A stretch of 64,000 nt of DNA from Auanema rhodensis (lineage: Eukaryota; Animalia; Nematoda), in the NCBI GenBank assembly GCA_964057225.1, contig OZ059900.1, forward strand, positions 23,312,001 through 23,376,000, in the 5' to 3' direction. The translations under genes and the position numbers were made by a program. The notes below the pieces were generated by a model. That model had not been told where the DNA came from and did not search any database. It saw only the letters and a program-made list of their open reading frames with translations. This document shows positions 42,101 through 55,000 of this stretch, piece after piece (within the stretch, counting starts at the first letter, position 1; every line of letters begins with the position of its first letter).

Positions 42101-45100
42101 GTTGTACGAACAATTTTGAGCTAGGTTTCATTGACATTGCATGAGTTTGAACACATGAAATCGTAAGTCAAAACCTTGTTTACAGCGAAATTTCCAAAAA
42201 CTGGTTTTCCAGCATAATAAAATATTTCTCATGGGAAATACTGTGTTTTTGTATTTTTCTAGTGTTCAGCATGTAAAATGCTTCATTTTAGTATGTAACA
42301 CGCTGAAATTCGTTGCATTTGACGACTCATATGAACAAAAATCGATTTAATCAATATTAGCCATAAGGGGCGTGCCCTCAGAATATGCTAATTTCCTTAA
42401 TTTTCTAACCCCTGTTTTTTTGTCGTGAAAGTGGAACTAGACGTTGTACGAACAATTTTGAGCTAGGTTTCATTGACATTGCATGAGTTTGAACACATGA
42501 TATCGTAAGTCAAAACCTTGTTTACAGCGAAATTTCCAAAAACTGGTTTTCCAGCATAATAAAATATTTCTCGTGGGAAATACTGTGTTTTTGTATTTCT
42601 CTAGTGTTCAGCATGTAAAATGGTTCATTTTAGTATGTAACACGCCGAAATTCGTTGCATTTGACGACTCATATGAACAAAAATCGATTTAATCAATATT
42701 AGCCATAAGGGGCGTGCCCTCAGAATATGCTAATTTCCTTAATTTTCTAACCCCTGTTTTTTTGTCGTGAAAGTGGAACTAGACGTTGTACGAACAATTT
42801 TGAGCTAGGTTTCATTGACATTGCATGAGTTTGAACACATGAAATCGTAAGTCAAAACCTTGTTTACAGCGAAATTTCCAAAAACTGGTTTTCCAGCATA
42901 ATAAAATATTTCTCATGGGAAATACTGTGTTTTTGTATTTTTCTAGTGTTCAGCATGTAAAATGCTTCATTTTAGTATGTAACAAGCTGAAATTCGTTGC
43001 ATTTGACGACTCATATGAACAAAAATCGATTTAATCAATATTAGCCATAAGGGGCGTGCCCTCAGAATATGCTAATTTCCTTAATTTTCTAACCCCTGTT
43101 TTTTTGTCGTGAAAGTGGAACTAGACGTTGTACGAACAATTTTGAGCTAGGTTTCATTGACATTGCATGAGTTTGAACACATGAAATCGTAAGTCAAAAC
43201 CTTGTTTACAGCGAAATTTCCAAAAACTGGTTTTCCAGCATAATAAAATATTTCTCATGGGAAATAATGTGTTTTTGTATTTTTCTAGTGTTCAGCATGT
43301 AAAATGCTTCATTTTAGTATGTAACACGCTGAAATTCGTTGCATTTGACGACTCATATGAACAAAAATCGATTTAATCAATATTAGCCATAAGGGGCGTG
43401 CCCTCAGAATATGCTAATTTCCTTAATTTTCTAACCCCTGTTTTTTTGTCGTGAAAGTGGAACTAGACGTTGTACGAACAATTTTGAGCTAGGTTTCATT
43501 GACATTGCATGAGTTTGAACACATGAAATCGTAAGTCAAAACCTTGTTTACAGCGAAATTTCCAAAAACTGGTTTTCCAGCATAATAAAATATTTCTCGT
43601 GGGAAATACTGTGTTTTTGTATTTTTCTAGTGTTCAGCATGTTAAATGCTTCATTTTAGTATGTAACACGCTGAAATTCGTTGCATTTGACGACTCATAT
43701 GAACAAAAATCGATTTAATCAATATTAGCCATAAGGGGCGTGCCCTCAGAATATGCTAATTTCCTAAATTTTCTAACCCCTGTTTTTTTGTCGTGAAAGT
43801 GGAACTAGACGTTGTACAAACAATTTTGAGCTAGGTTTCATTGACATTGCATGAGTTTGAACACATGAAATCGTAAGTCAAAACCTTGTTTACAGCGAAA
43901 ATTCCAAAAACTGGTTTTCCAGCATAATAAAATATTTCTCATGGGAAAAACTGTGTTTTTGTATTTTTCTAGTGTTCAGCATGTAAAATGCTTCATTTTA
44001 GTATGTAACACGCTGAAATTCGTTGCATTTGACGACTCATATGAACAAAAATCGATTTAATCAATATTAGCCATAAGGGGCGTGCCCTCAGAATATGCTA
44101 ATTTCCTTAATTTTCTAACCCCTGTTTTTTTGTCGTGAAAGTGGAACTAGACGTTGTACGAACAGTTTTGAGCTAGGTTTCATTGACATTGCATGAGTTT
44201 GAACACATGAAATCGTAAGTCAAAACCTTGTTTACAGCGAAATTTCCAAAAACTGGTTTTCCAGCATAATAAAATATTTCTCATGGGAAATACTGTGTTT
44301 TTGTATTTTTCTAGTGTTCAGCATGTAAAATGCTTCATTTTAGTATGTAACACGCTGAAATTCGTTGCATTTGACGACTCATATGAACAAAAATCGATTT
44401 AATCAATATTAGCCATAAGGGGCGTGCCCTCAGAATATGCTAATTTCCTTAATTTTCTAACCCCTGTTTTTTTTGTCGTGAAAGTGGAACTAGACGTTGT
44501 ACGAACAATTTTGAGCTAGGTTTCATTGACATTGCATGAGTTTGAACACATGAAATCGTAAGTCAAAGCCTTGTTTACAGCGAAATTTCCAAAAACTGGT
44601 TTTCCAGCATAATAAAATATTTCTCATGGGAAATACTGTGTTTTTGTATTTTTCTGGTGTTCAGCATGTAAAATGCTTCATTTTAGTATGTAACACGCTG
44701 AAATTCGTTGCATTTGACGACTCATATGAACAAAAATCGATTTAATCAATATTAGCCATAAGGGGCGTGCCCTCAGAATATGCTAATTTCCTTAATTTTC
44801 TAACCCCTGTTTTTTTGTCGTGAAAGTGGAACTAGACGTTGTACGAACAATTTTGAGCTAGGTTTCATTGACATTGCATGAGTTTGAACACATGAAATCG
44901 TAAGTCAAAACCTTGTTTACAGCGAAATTTCCAAAAACTGGTTTTCCAGCATAATAAAATATTTCTCGTGGGAAATACTGTGTTTTTGTATTTTTCTAGT
45001 GTTCAGCATGTTAAATGCTTCATTTTAGTATGTAACACGCTGAAATTCGTTGCATTTGACGACTCATATGAACAAAAATCGATTTAATCAATATTAGCCA

Positions 45101-46239
45101 TAAGGGGCGTGCCCTCAGAATATGCTAATTTCCTTAATTTTCTAACCCCTGTTTTTTTGTCGTGAAAGTGGAACTAGACGTTGTACGAACAATTTTGAGC
45201 TAGGTTTCATTGACATTGCATGAGTTTGAACACATGAAATCGTAAGTCAAAACCTTGTTTACAGCGAAATTTCCAAAAACTGGTTTTCCAGCATAATAAA
45301 ATATTTCTCATGGGAAATACTGTGTTTTTGTATTTTTCTAGTGTTCAGCATGTAAAATGCTTCATTTTAGTATGTAACACGCTAAAATTCGTTGCATTTG
45401 ACGACTCATATGAACAAAAATCGATTTAATCAATATTAGCCATAAGGGGCGTGCCCTCAGAATATGCTAATTTCCTTAATTTTCTAACCCCTGTTTTTTT
45501 GTCGTGAAAGTGGAACTAGACGTTGTACGAACAATTTTGAGCTAGGTTTCATTGACATTGCATGAGTTTGAACACATGAAATCGTAAGTCAAAACCTTGT
45601 TTACAGCGAAATTTCCAAAAACTGGTTTTCCAGCATAATAAAATATTTCTCATGGGAAATACTGTGTTTTTGTATTTTTCTAGTGTTCAGCATGTAAAAT
45701 GCTTCATTTTAGTATGTAACACGCTGAAATTCGTTGCATTTGACGACTCATATGAACAAAAATCGATTTAATCAATATTAGCCATAAGGGGCGTGCCCTC
45801 AGAATATGCTAATTTCCTTAATTTTCTAACCCCTGTTTTTTTGTCGTGAAAGTGGAACTAGACGTTGTACGAACAATTTTGAGCTAGGTTTCATTGACAT
45901 TGCATGAGTTTGAACACATGATATCGTAAGTCAAAACCTTGTTTACAGCGAAATTTCCAAAAACTGGTTTTCCAGCATAATAAAATATTTCTCGTGGGAA
46001 ATACTGTGTTTTTGTATTTCTCTAGTGTTCAGCATGTAAAATGGTTCATTTTAGTATGTAACACGCCAAAATTCGTTGCATTTGACGACTCATATGAACA
46101 AAAATCGATTTAATCAATATTAGCCATAAGGGGCGTGCCCTCAGAATATGCTAATTTCCTTAATTTTCTAACCCCTGTTTTTTTGTCGTGAAAGTGGAAC
46201 TAGACGTTGTACGAACAATTTTGAGCTAGGTTTCATTGA

Positions 46240-49200
46240 CATTGCATGAGTTTGAACACATGAAATCGTAAGTCAAAACCTTGTTTACAGCGAAATTTCC
46301 AAAAACTGGTTTTCCAGCATAATAAAATATTTCTCATGGGAAATACTGTGTTTTTGTATTTTTCTAGTGTTCAGCATGTAAAATGCTTCATTTTAGTATG
46401 TAACACGCTGAAATTCGTTGCATTTGACGACTCATATGAACAAAAATCGATTTAATCAATATTAGCCATAAGGGGCGTGCCCTCAGAATATGCTAATTTC
46501 CTTAATTTTCTAACCCCTGTTTTTTTGTCGTGAAAGTGGAACTAGACGTTGTACGAACAATTTTGAGCTAGGTTTCATTGACATTGCATGAGTTTGAACA
46601 CATGATATCGTAAGTCAAAACCTTGTTTACAGCGAAATTTCCAAAAACTGGTTTTCCAGCATAATAAAATATTTCTCGTGGGAAATACTGTGTTTTTGTA
46701 TTTCTCTAGTGTTCAGCATGTAAAATGGTTCATTTTAGTATGTAACACGCCGAAATTCGTTGCATTTGACGACTCATATGAACAAAAATCGATTTAATCA
46801 ATATTAGCCATAAGGGGCGTGCCCTCAGAATATGCTAATTTCCTTAATTTTCTAACCCCTGTTTTTTTGTCGTGAAAGTGGAACTAGACGTTGTACGAAC
46901 AATTTTGAGCTAGGTTTCATTGACATTGCATGAGTTTGAACACATGAAATCGTAAGTCAAAACCTTGTTTACAGCGAAATTTCCAAAAACTGGTTTTCCA
47001 GCATAATAAAATATTTCTCATGGGAAATACTGTGTTTTTGTATTTTTCTAGTGTTCAGCATGTAAAATGCTTCATTTTAGTATGTAACACGCTGAAATTC
47101 GTTGCATTTGACGACTCATATGAACAAAAATCGATTTAATCAATATTAGCCATAAGGGGCGTGCCCTCAGAATATGCTAATTTCCTTAATTTTCTAACCC
47201 CTGTTTTTTTGTCGTGAAAGTGGAACTAGACGTTGTACGAACAATTTTGAGCTAGGTTTCATTGAAATTGCATGAGTTTGAACACATGAAATCGTAAGTC
47301 AAAACCTTGTTTACAGCGAAATTTCCAAAAACTGGTTTTCCAGCATAATAAAATATTTCTCATGGGAAATACTGTGTTTTTGTATTTTTCTAGTGTTCAG
47401 CATGTAAAATGCTTCATTTTAGTATGTAACACGCTGAAATTCGTTGCATTTGACGACTCATATGAACAAAAATCGATTTAATCAATATTAGCCATAAGGG
47501 GCGTGCCCTCAGAATATGCTAATTTCCTTAATTTTCTAACCCCTGTTTTTTTGTCGTGAAAGTGGAACTAGACGTTGTACGAACAATTTTGAGCTAGGTT
47601 TCATTGACATTGCATGAGTTTGAACACATGATATCGTAAGTCAAAACCTTGTTTACAGCGAAATTTCCAAAAACTGGTTTTCCAGCATAATAAAATATTT
47701 CTCGTGGGAAATACTGTGTTTTTGTATTTCTCTAGTGTTCAGCATGTAAAATGGTTCATTTTAGTATGTAACACGCCGAAATTCGTTGCATTTGACGACT
47801 CATATGAACAAAAATCGATTTAATCAATATTAGCCATAAGGGGCGTGCCCTCAGAATATGCTAATTTCCTTAATTTTCTAACCCCTGTTTTTTTTGTCGT
47901 GAAAGTGGAACTAGACGTTGTACGAACAATTTTGAGCTAGGTTTCATTGACATTGCATGAGTTTGAACACATGAAATCGTAAGTCAAAGCCTTGTTTACA
48001 GCGAAATTTCCAAAAACTGGTTTTCCAGCATAATAAAATATTTCTCATGGGAAATACTGTGTTTTTGTATTTTTCTGGTGTTCAGCATGTAAAATGCTTC
48101 ATTTTAGTATGTAACACGCTGAAATTCGTTGCATTTGACGACTCATATGAACAAAAATCGATTTAATCAATATTAGCCATAAGGGGCGTGCCCTCAGAAT
48201 ATGCTAATTTCCTTAATTTTCTAACCCCTGTTTTTTTGTCGTGAAAGTGGAACTAGACGTTGTACGAACAATTTTGAGCTAGGTTTCATTGACATTGCAT
48301 GAGTTTGAACACATGAAATCGTAAGTCAAAACCTTGTTTACAGCGAAATTTCCAAAAACTGGTTTTCCAGCATAATAAAATATTTCTCGTGGGAAATACT
48401 GTGTTTTTGTATTTTTCTAGTGTTCAGCATGTAAAATGCTTCATTTTAGTATGTAACACGCTGAAATTCGTTGCATTTGACGACTCATATGAACAAAAAT
48501 CGATTTAATCAATATTAGCCATAAGGGGCGTGCCCTCAGAATATGCTAATTTCCTTAATTTTCTAACCCCTGTTTTTTTGTCGTGAAAGTGGAACTAGAC
48601 GTTGTACGAACAATTTTGAGCTAGGTTTCATTGACATTGCATGAGTTTGAACACATGAAATCGTAAGTCAAAACCTTGTTTACAGCGAAATTTCCAAAAA
48701 CTGGTTTTCCAGCATAATAAAATATTTCTCGTGGGAAATACTGTGTTTTTGTATTTTTCTAGTGTTCAGCATGTTAAATGCTTCATTTTAGTATGTAACA
48801 CGCTGAAATTCGTTGCATTTGACGACTCATATGAACAAAAATCGATTTAATCAATATTAGCCATAAGGGGCGTGCCCTCAGAATATGCTAATTTCCTAAA
48901 TTTTCTAACCCCTGTTTTTTTGTCGTGAAAGTGGAACTAGACGTTGTACAAACAATTTTGAGCTAGGTTTCATTGACATTGCATGAGTTTGAACACATGA
49001 AATCGTAAGTCAAAACCTTGTTTACAGCGAAAATTCCAAAAACTGGTTTTCCAGCATAATAAAATATTTCTCATGGGAAAAACTGTGTTTTTGTATTTTT
49101 CTAGTGTTCAGCATGTAAAATGCTTCATTTTAGTATGTAACACGCTGAAATTCGTTGCATTTGACGACTCATATGAACAAAAATCGATTTAATCAATATT

Positions 49201-51720
49201 AGCCATAAGGGGCGTGCCCTCAGAATATGCTAATTTCCTTAATTTTCTAACCCCTGTTTTTTTGTCGTGAAAGTGGAACTAGACGTTGTACGAACAGTTT
49301 TGAGCTAGGTTTCATTGACATTGCATGAGTTTGAACACATGAAATCGTAAGTCAAAACCTTGTTTACAGCGAAATTTCCAAAAACTGGTTTTCCAGCATA
49401 ATAAAATATTTCTCATGGGAAATACTGTGTTTTTGTATTTTTCTAGTGTTCAGCATGTAAAATGCTTCATTTTAGTATGTAACACGCTGAAATTCGTTGC
49501 ATTTGACGACTCATATGAACAAAAATCGATTTAATCAATATTAGCCATAAGGGGCGTGCCCTCAGAATATGCTAATTTCCTTAATTTTCTAACCCCTGTT
49601 TTTTTGTCGTGAAAGTGGAACTAGACGTTGTACGAACAATTTTGAGCTAGGTTTCATTGACATTGCATGAGTTTGAACACATGATATCGTAAGTCAAAAC
49701 CTTGTTTACAGCGAAATTTCCAAAAACTGGTTTTCCAGCATAATAAAATATTTCTCGTGGGAAATACTGTGTTTTTGTATTTCTCTAGTGTTCAGCATGT
49801 AAAATGGTTCATTTTAGTATGTAACACGCCGAAATTCGTTGCATTTGACGACTCATATGAACAAAAATCGATTTAATCAATATTAGCCATAAGGGGCGTG
49901 CCCTCAGAATATGCTAATTTCCTTAATTTTCTAACCCCTGTTTTTTTGTCGTGAAAGTGGAACTAGACGTTGTACGAACAATTTTGAGCTAGGTTTCATT
50001 GACATTGCATGAGTTTGAACACATGAAATCGTAAGTCAAAACCTTGTTTACAGCGAAATTTCCAAAAACTGGTTTTCCAGCATAATAAAATATTTCTCAT
50101 GGGAAATACTGTGTTTTTGTATTTTTCTAGTGTTCAGCATGTAAAATGCTTCATTTTAGTATGTAACACGCTGAAATTCGTTGCATTTGACGACTCATAT
50201 GAACAAAAATCGATTTAATCAATATTAGCCATAAGGGGCGTGCCCTCAGAATATGCTAATTTCCTTAATTTTCTAACCCCTGTTTTTTTGTCGTGAAAGT
50301 GGAACTAGACGTTGTACGAACAATTTTGAGCTAGGTTTCATTGAAATTGCATGAGTTTGAACACATGAAATCGTAAGTCAAAACCTTGTTTACAGCGAAA
50401 TTTCCAAAAACTGGTTTTCCAGCATAATAAAATATTTCTCATGGGAAATACTGTGTTTTTGTATTTTTCTAGTGTTCAGCATGTAAAATGCTTCATTTTA
50501 GTATGTAACACGCTGAAATTCGTTGCATTTGACGACTCATATGAACAAAAATCGATTTAATCAATATTAGCCATAAGGGGCGTGCCCTCAGAATATGCTA
50601 ATTTCCTTAATTTTCTAACCCCTGTTTTTTTGTCGTGAAAGTGGAACTAGACGTTGTACGAACAATTTTGAGCTAGGTTTCATTGACATTGCATGAGTTT
50701 GAACACATGATATCGTAAGTCAAAACCTTGTTTACAGCGAAATTTCCAAAAACTGGTTTTCCAGCATAATAAAATATTTCTCGTGGGAAATACTGTGTTT
50801 TTGTATTTCTCTAGTGTTCAGCATGTAAAATGGTTCATTTTAGTATGTAACACGCCGAAATTCGTTGCATTTGACGACTCATATGAACAAAAATCGATTT
50901 AATCAATATTAGCCATAAGGGGCGTGCCCTCAGAATATGCTAATTTCCTTAATTTTCTAACCCCTGTTTTTTTTGTCGTGAAAGTGGAACTAGACGTTGT
51001 ACGAACAATTTTGAGCTAGGTTTCATTGACATTGCATGAGTTTGAACACATGAAATCGTAAGTCAAAGCCTTGTTTACAGCGAAATTTCCAAAAACTGGT
51101 TTTCCAGCATAATAAAATATTTCTCATGGGAAATACTGTGTTTTTGTATTTTTCTGGTGTTCAGCATGTAAAATGCTTCATTTTAGTATGTAACACGCTG
51201 AAATTCGTTGCATTTGACGACTCATATGAACAAAAATCGATTTAATCAATATTAGCCATAAGGGGCGTGCCCTCAGAATATGCTAATTTCCTTAATTTTC
51301 TAACCCCTGTTTTTTTGTCGTGAAAGTGGAACTAGACGTTGTACGAACAATTTTGAGCTAGGTTTCATTGACATTGCATGAGTTTGAACACATGAAATCG
51401 TAAGTCAAAACCTTGTTTACAGCGAAATTTCCAAAAACTGGTTTTCCAGCATAATAAAATATTTCTCGTGGGAAATACTGTGTTTTTGTATTTTTCTAGT
51501 GTTCAGCATGTAAAATGCTTCATTTTAGTATGTAACACGCTGAAATTCGTTGCATTTGACGACTCATATGAACAAAAATCGATTTAATCAATATTAGCCA
51601 TAAGGGGCGTGCCCTCAGAATATGCTAATTTCCTTAATTTTCTAACCCCTGTTTTTTTGTCGTGAAAGTGGAACTAGACGTTGTACGAACAATTTTGAGC
51701 TAGGTTTCATTGACATTGCA
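46240..51720 (-). repeat. Repeated 6-7-monomer segment at 3079-bp (9-monomer) spacing (ends approximate)
   Basis: Rare TTGAAATTGC at 47266 and 50345. GATATC-type monomers at 46606/49685 and 47632/50711, the latter pair followed by T8 and AAAGCC monomers. Confidence 0.82.
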
Positions 51721-52074
51721 TGAGTTTGAACACATGAAATCGTAAGTCAAAACCTTGTTTACAGCGAAATTTCCAAAAACTGGTTTTCCAGCATAATAAA
51801 ATATTTCTCATGGGAAATACTGTGTTTTTGTATTTTTCTAGTGTTCAGCATGTAAAATGCTTCATTTTAGTATGTAACACGCTAAAATTCGTTGCATTTG
51901 ACGACTCATATGAACAAAAATCGATTTAATCAATATTAGCCATAAGGGGCGTGCCCTCAGAATATGCTAATTTCCTTAATTTTCTAACCCCTGTTTTTTT
52001 GTCGTGAAAGTGGAACTAGACGTTGTACGAACAATTTTGAGCTAGGTTTCATTGACATTGCATGAGTTTGAACA

Positions 52075-52092
52075 CATGAAATCTCAAAATTG
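52075..52092. other. Orientation-switch junction 2 (- to +)
   Basis: ...CACATGAAAT-C-TCAAAATTGTTCG... joins - monomer position 122 to + monomer position 164. One shared base (C52083), no insertion. The unpaired spacer is 52042-52082 (41 bp). Confidence 0.97.
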
Positions 52093-55000
52093 TTCGTACA
52101 ACGTCTAGTTCCACTTTCACGACAAAAAAACAGGGGTTAGAAAATTAAGGAAATTAGCATATTCTGAGGGCACGCCCCTTATGGCTAATATTGATTAAAT
52201 CGATTTTTGTTCATATGAGTCGTCAAATGCAACGAATTTCGGCGTGTTACATACTAAAATGAACCATTTTACATGCTGAACACTAGAGAAATACAAAAAC
52301 ACAGTATTTCCCACGAGAAATATTTTATTATGCTGGAAAACCAGTTTTTGGAAATTTCGCTGTAAACAAGGTTTTGACTTACGATATCATGTGTTCAAAC
52401 TCATGCAATGTCAATGAAACCTAGCTCAAAATTGTTCGTACAACGTCTAGTTCCACTTTCACGACAAAAAAACAGGGGTTAGAAAATTAAGGAAATTAGC
52501 ATATTCTGAGGGCACGCCCCTTATGGCTAATATTGATTAAATCGATTTTTGTTCATATGAGTCGTCAAATGCAACGAATTTCAGCGTGTTACATACTAAA
52601 ATGAAGCATTTTACATGCTGAACACTAGAAAAATACAAAAACACAGTATTTCCCATGAGAAATATTTTATTATGCTGGAAAACCAGTTTTTGGAAATTTC
52701 GCTGTAAACAAGGTTTTGACTTACGATTTCATGTGTTCAAACTCATGCAATGTCAATGAAACCTAGCTCAAAATTGTTCGTACAACGTCTAGTTCCACTT
52801 TCACGACAAAAAAACAGGGGTTAGAAAATTAAGGAAATTAGCATATTCTGAGGGCACGCCCCTTATGGCTAATATTGATTAAATCGATTTTTGTTCATAT
52901 GAGTCGTCAAATGCAACGAATTTCAGCGTGTTACATACTAAAATGAAGCATTTTACATGCTGAACACTAGAAAAATACAAAAACACAGTATTTCCCATGA
53001 GAAATATTTTATTATGCTGGAAAACCAGTTTTTGGAAATTTCGCTGTAAACAAGGTTTTGACTTACGATTTCATGTGTTCAAACTCATGCAATGTCAATG
53101 AAACCTAGCTCAAAATTGTTCGTACAACGTCTAGTTCCACTTTCACGACAAAAAAACAGGGGTTAGAAAATTAAGGAAATTAGCATATTCTGAGGGCACG
53201 CCCCTTATGGCTAATATTGATTAAATCGATTTTTGTTCATATGAGTCGTCAAATGCAACGAATTTCGGCGTGTTACATACTAAAATGAACCATTTTACAT
53301 GCTGAACACTAGAGAAATACAAAAACACAGTATTTCCCACGAGAAATATTTTATTATGCTGGAAAACCAGTTTTTGGAAATTTCGCTGTAAACAAGGTTT
53401 TGACTTACGATATCATGTGTTCAAACTCATGCAATGTCAATGAAACCTAGCTCAAAATTGTTCGTACAACGTCTAGTTCCACTTTCACGACAAAAAAACA
53501 GGGGTTAGAAAATTAAGGAAATTAGCATATTCTGAGGGCACGCCCCTTATGGCTAATATTGATTAAATCGATTTTTGTTCATATGAGTCGTCAAATGCAA
53601 CGAATTTCAGCGTGTTACATACTAAAATGAAGCATTTTACCTGCTGAACACTAGAAAAATACAAAAACACAGTATTTCCCATGAGAAATATTTTATTATG
53701 CTGGAAAACCAGTTTTTGGAAATTTCGCTGTAAACAAGGTTTTGACTTACGATTTCATGTGTTCAAACTCATGCAATGTCAATGAAACCTAGCTCAAAAT
53801 TGTTCGTACAACGTCTAGTTCCACTTTCACGACAAAAAAACAGGGGTTAGAAAATTAAGGAAATTAGCATATTCTGAGGGCACGCCCCTTATGGCTAATA
53901 TTGATTAAATCGATTTTTGTTCATATGAGTCGTCAAATGCAACGAATTTTAGCGTGTTACATACTAAAATGAAGCATTTTACATGCTGAACACTAGAAAA
54001 ATACAAAAACACAGTATTTCCCATGAGAAATATTTTATTATGCTGGAAAACCAGTTTTTGGAAATTTCGCTGTAAACAAGGTTTTGACTTACGATTTCAT
54101 GTGTTCAAACTCATGCAATGTCAATGAAACCTAGCTCAAAATTGTTCGTACAACGTCTAGTTCCACTTTCACGACAAAAAAACAGGGGTTAGAAAATTAA
54201 GGAAATTAGCATATTCTGAGGGCACGCCCCTTATGGCTAATATTGATTAAATCGATTTTTGTTCATATGAGTCGTCAAATGCAACGAATTTCAGCGTGTT
54301 ACATACTGAAATGAAGCATTTAACATGCTGAACACTAGAAAAATACAAAAACACAGTATTTCCCACGAGAAATATTTTATTATGCTGGAAAACCAGTTTT
54401 TGGAAATTTCGCTGTAAACAAGGTTTTGACTTACGATTTCATGTGTTCAAACTCATGCAATGTCAATGAAACCTAGCTCAAAATTGTTCGTACAACGTCT
54501 AGTTCCACTTTCACGACAAAAAAACAGGGGTTAGAAAATTAAGGAAATTAGCATATTCTGAGGGCACGCCCCTTATGGCTAATATTGATTAAATCGATTT
54601 TTGTTCATATGAGTCGTCAAATGCAACGAATTTCGGCGTGTTACATACTAAAATGAACCATTTTACATGCTGAACACTAGAGAAATACAAAAACACAGTA
54701 TTTCCCACGAGAAATATTTTATTATGCTGGAAAACCAGTTTTTGGAAATTTCGCTGTAAACAAGGTTTTGACTTACGATATCATGTGTTCAAACTCATGC
54801 AATGTCAATGAAACCTAGCTCAAAATTGTTCGTACAACGTCTAGTTCCACTTTCACGACAAAAAAACAGGGGTTAGAAAATTAAGGAAATTAGCATATTC
54901 TGAGGGCACGCCCCTTATGGCTAATATTGATTAAATCGATTTTTGTTCATATGAGTCGTCAAATGCAACGAATTTCAGCGTGTTACATACTAAAATGAAG

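Larger units (their letters stand above)
1422..52083 (-). repeat. Satellite block 2, - orientation, about 148 monomers
   Basis: Continuous reverse complement of the monomer (TTGACATTGCATGAGTTTGAACACATG...). The only length variants seen are 343-bp monomers with a T8 instead of a T7 tract, first at about 24280. Confidence 0.98.

Noticed and set aside
1415-52092. Transposon or site-specific invertible element bounded by the two junctions
   Set aside because: No terminal inverted repeats distinct from the satellite, no target-site duplication, no recombinase or transposase, and the junctions are non-reciprocal.
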